Source: Bacteroidota bacterium
Lineage (GTDB): Bacteria; Bacteroidota; Bacteroidia; AKYH767-A; OLB10
NCBI GenBank assembly: GCA_016717725.1
Contig: JADKFA010000001.1
Location: 200,437-264,436, forward strand
DNA length: 64,000 nucleotides
Direction: 5' to 3'
Positions 63,603-64,000 of the stretch are shown piece after piece. The notes below the pieces were generated by a model. That model was not told the DNA's origin. It saw nothing but the letters and a program-made list of their open reading frames with translations, and searched no databases. A program made the position numbers and the translations under genes. Position 1 is the stretch's first letter. Each line of letters starts with the position of its first letter.

Positions 63603-63797
63603 AGCTTTCGATTTAGATTACAATAGTAGTAATTAGGGGCGAAAAATCAAGAGCTATGGAATTAAAATTTCAGAAAATGAAAAATATTCTGGCTGACTCA
63701 ATCAGGTCCCGTCTTCCATCGACCTAATCTGACAAAATGCTGACCAACGTATGGAATATGGGGATGACTTGCATCGTTATGCCCATATAATCTAACA

Positions 63798-64000
63798 AAA
63801 AAACCTTATGAAAACCGTTGGAAACGATTGGGACAACCCCATCTCCCCCGAAAGATTAGCCTTAGTATTTCAGGATAGAAATCAGGCTTACGGCGCTTAC
63901 ACATTGCGTCGAGATTACAACCGCACCGTTACAAAGGCAGTATTTTTAAGTTTTGCCGGATTACTTCTGCTTGTTTTCACTCCCAGCATCATTCACTATT
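63798..64000 (+). CDS. 3'-partial gene. The N-terminus (MKTVGNDWDNPISPERLALVFQDRNQAYGAYTLRRDYNRTV + TM) resembles Bacteroidetes TonB-family energy transducers.
   Basis: ATG at 63798; the (K/N)xAYGAYxLR N-terminal pattern then a hydrophobic helix; it runs off the window. Confidence 0.45.

Overview
This is a low-GC (about 36-38% by eye) chromosomal segment with Bacteroidetes character (Flavobacteriia/Sphingobacteriia/Cytophagia-like). It is densely packed with genes for secreted or surface proteins carrying type IX secretion (T9SS/Por) C-terminal sorting domains. Two of these are giant multidomain proteins, one >2678 aa (5' end outside the window, S8 peptidase module, internal hexapeptide tandem repeats) and one 2037 aa. 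There are also smaller T9SS cargo genes, including a tandem paralog pair. The remainder is ordinary housekeeping: tRNA-Met(CAU), kbl, dprA, hflX, comF, a GAF/MsrC-type protein, RidA, methylmalonyl-CoA epimerase, a HAD hydrolase, a rhomboid protease, a WD40 protein, tryptophan 2,3-dioxygenase, two ABC transporter operons, a TonB-dependent receptor, two tandem secreted amidohydrolases, a YugP-like Zn peptidase and a partial TonB-like gene at the 3' edge. I found no integrase, transposase, CRISPR array, reverse transcriptase or recognisable defence or toxin cassette, so I cannot support a discrete novel system here. The unusual content is structural. (i) Apparent frameshift-fragmented surface-protein genes are concentrated in 23.5-31.3 kb (a BNR-repeat giant gene broken into at least 7 pieces), and four single-base frameshifts lie elsewhere, three of which I checked by hand and found in short A/T homopolymers. 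The sequence cannot distinguish assembly indel error from real gene decay. (ii) The intergenic space holds families of 7-nt tandem satellites, a conserved ~50-nt motif with three phased ACGGAT direct repeats, REP-like palindromes (CCCAGAAGT...ACTTCTGGG) beside the tRNA and elsewhere, and a 15-nt inverted repeat bracketing one gene. (iii) About 850 nt of the paralog pair are near-identical, consistent with recent gene conversion. All calls rest on motif recognition by eye plus the supplied ORF track; no database search was run.
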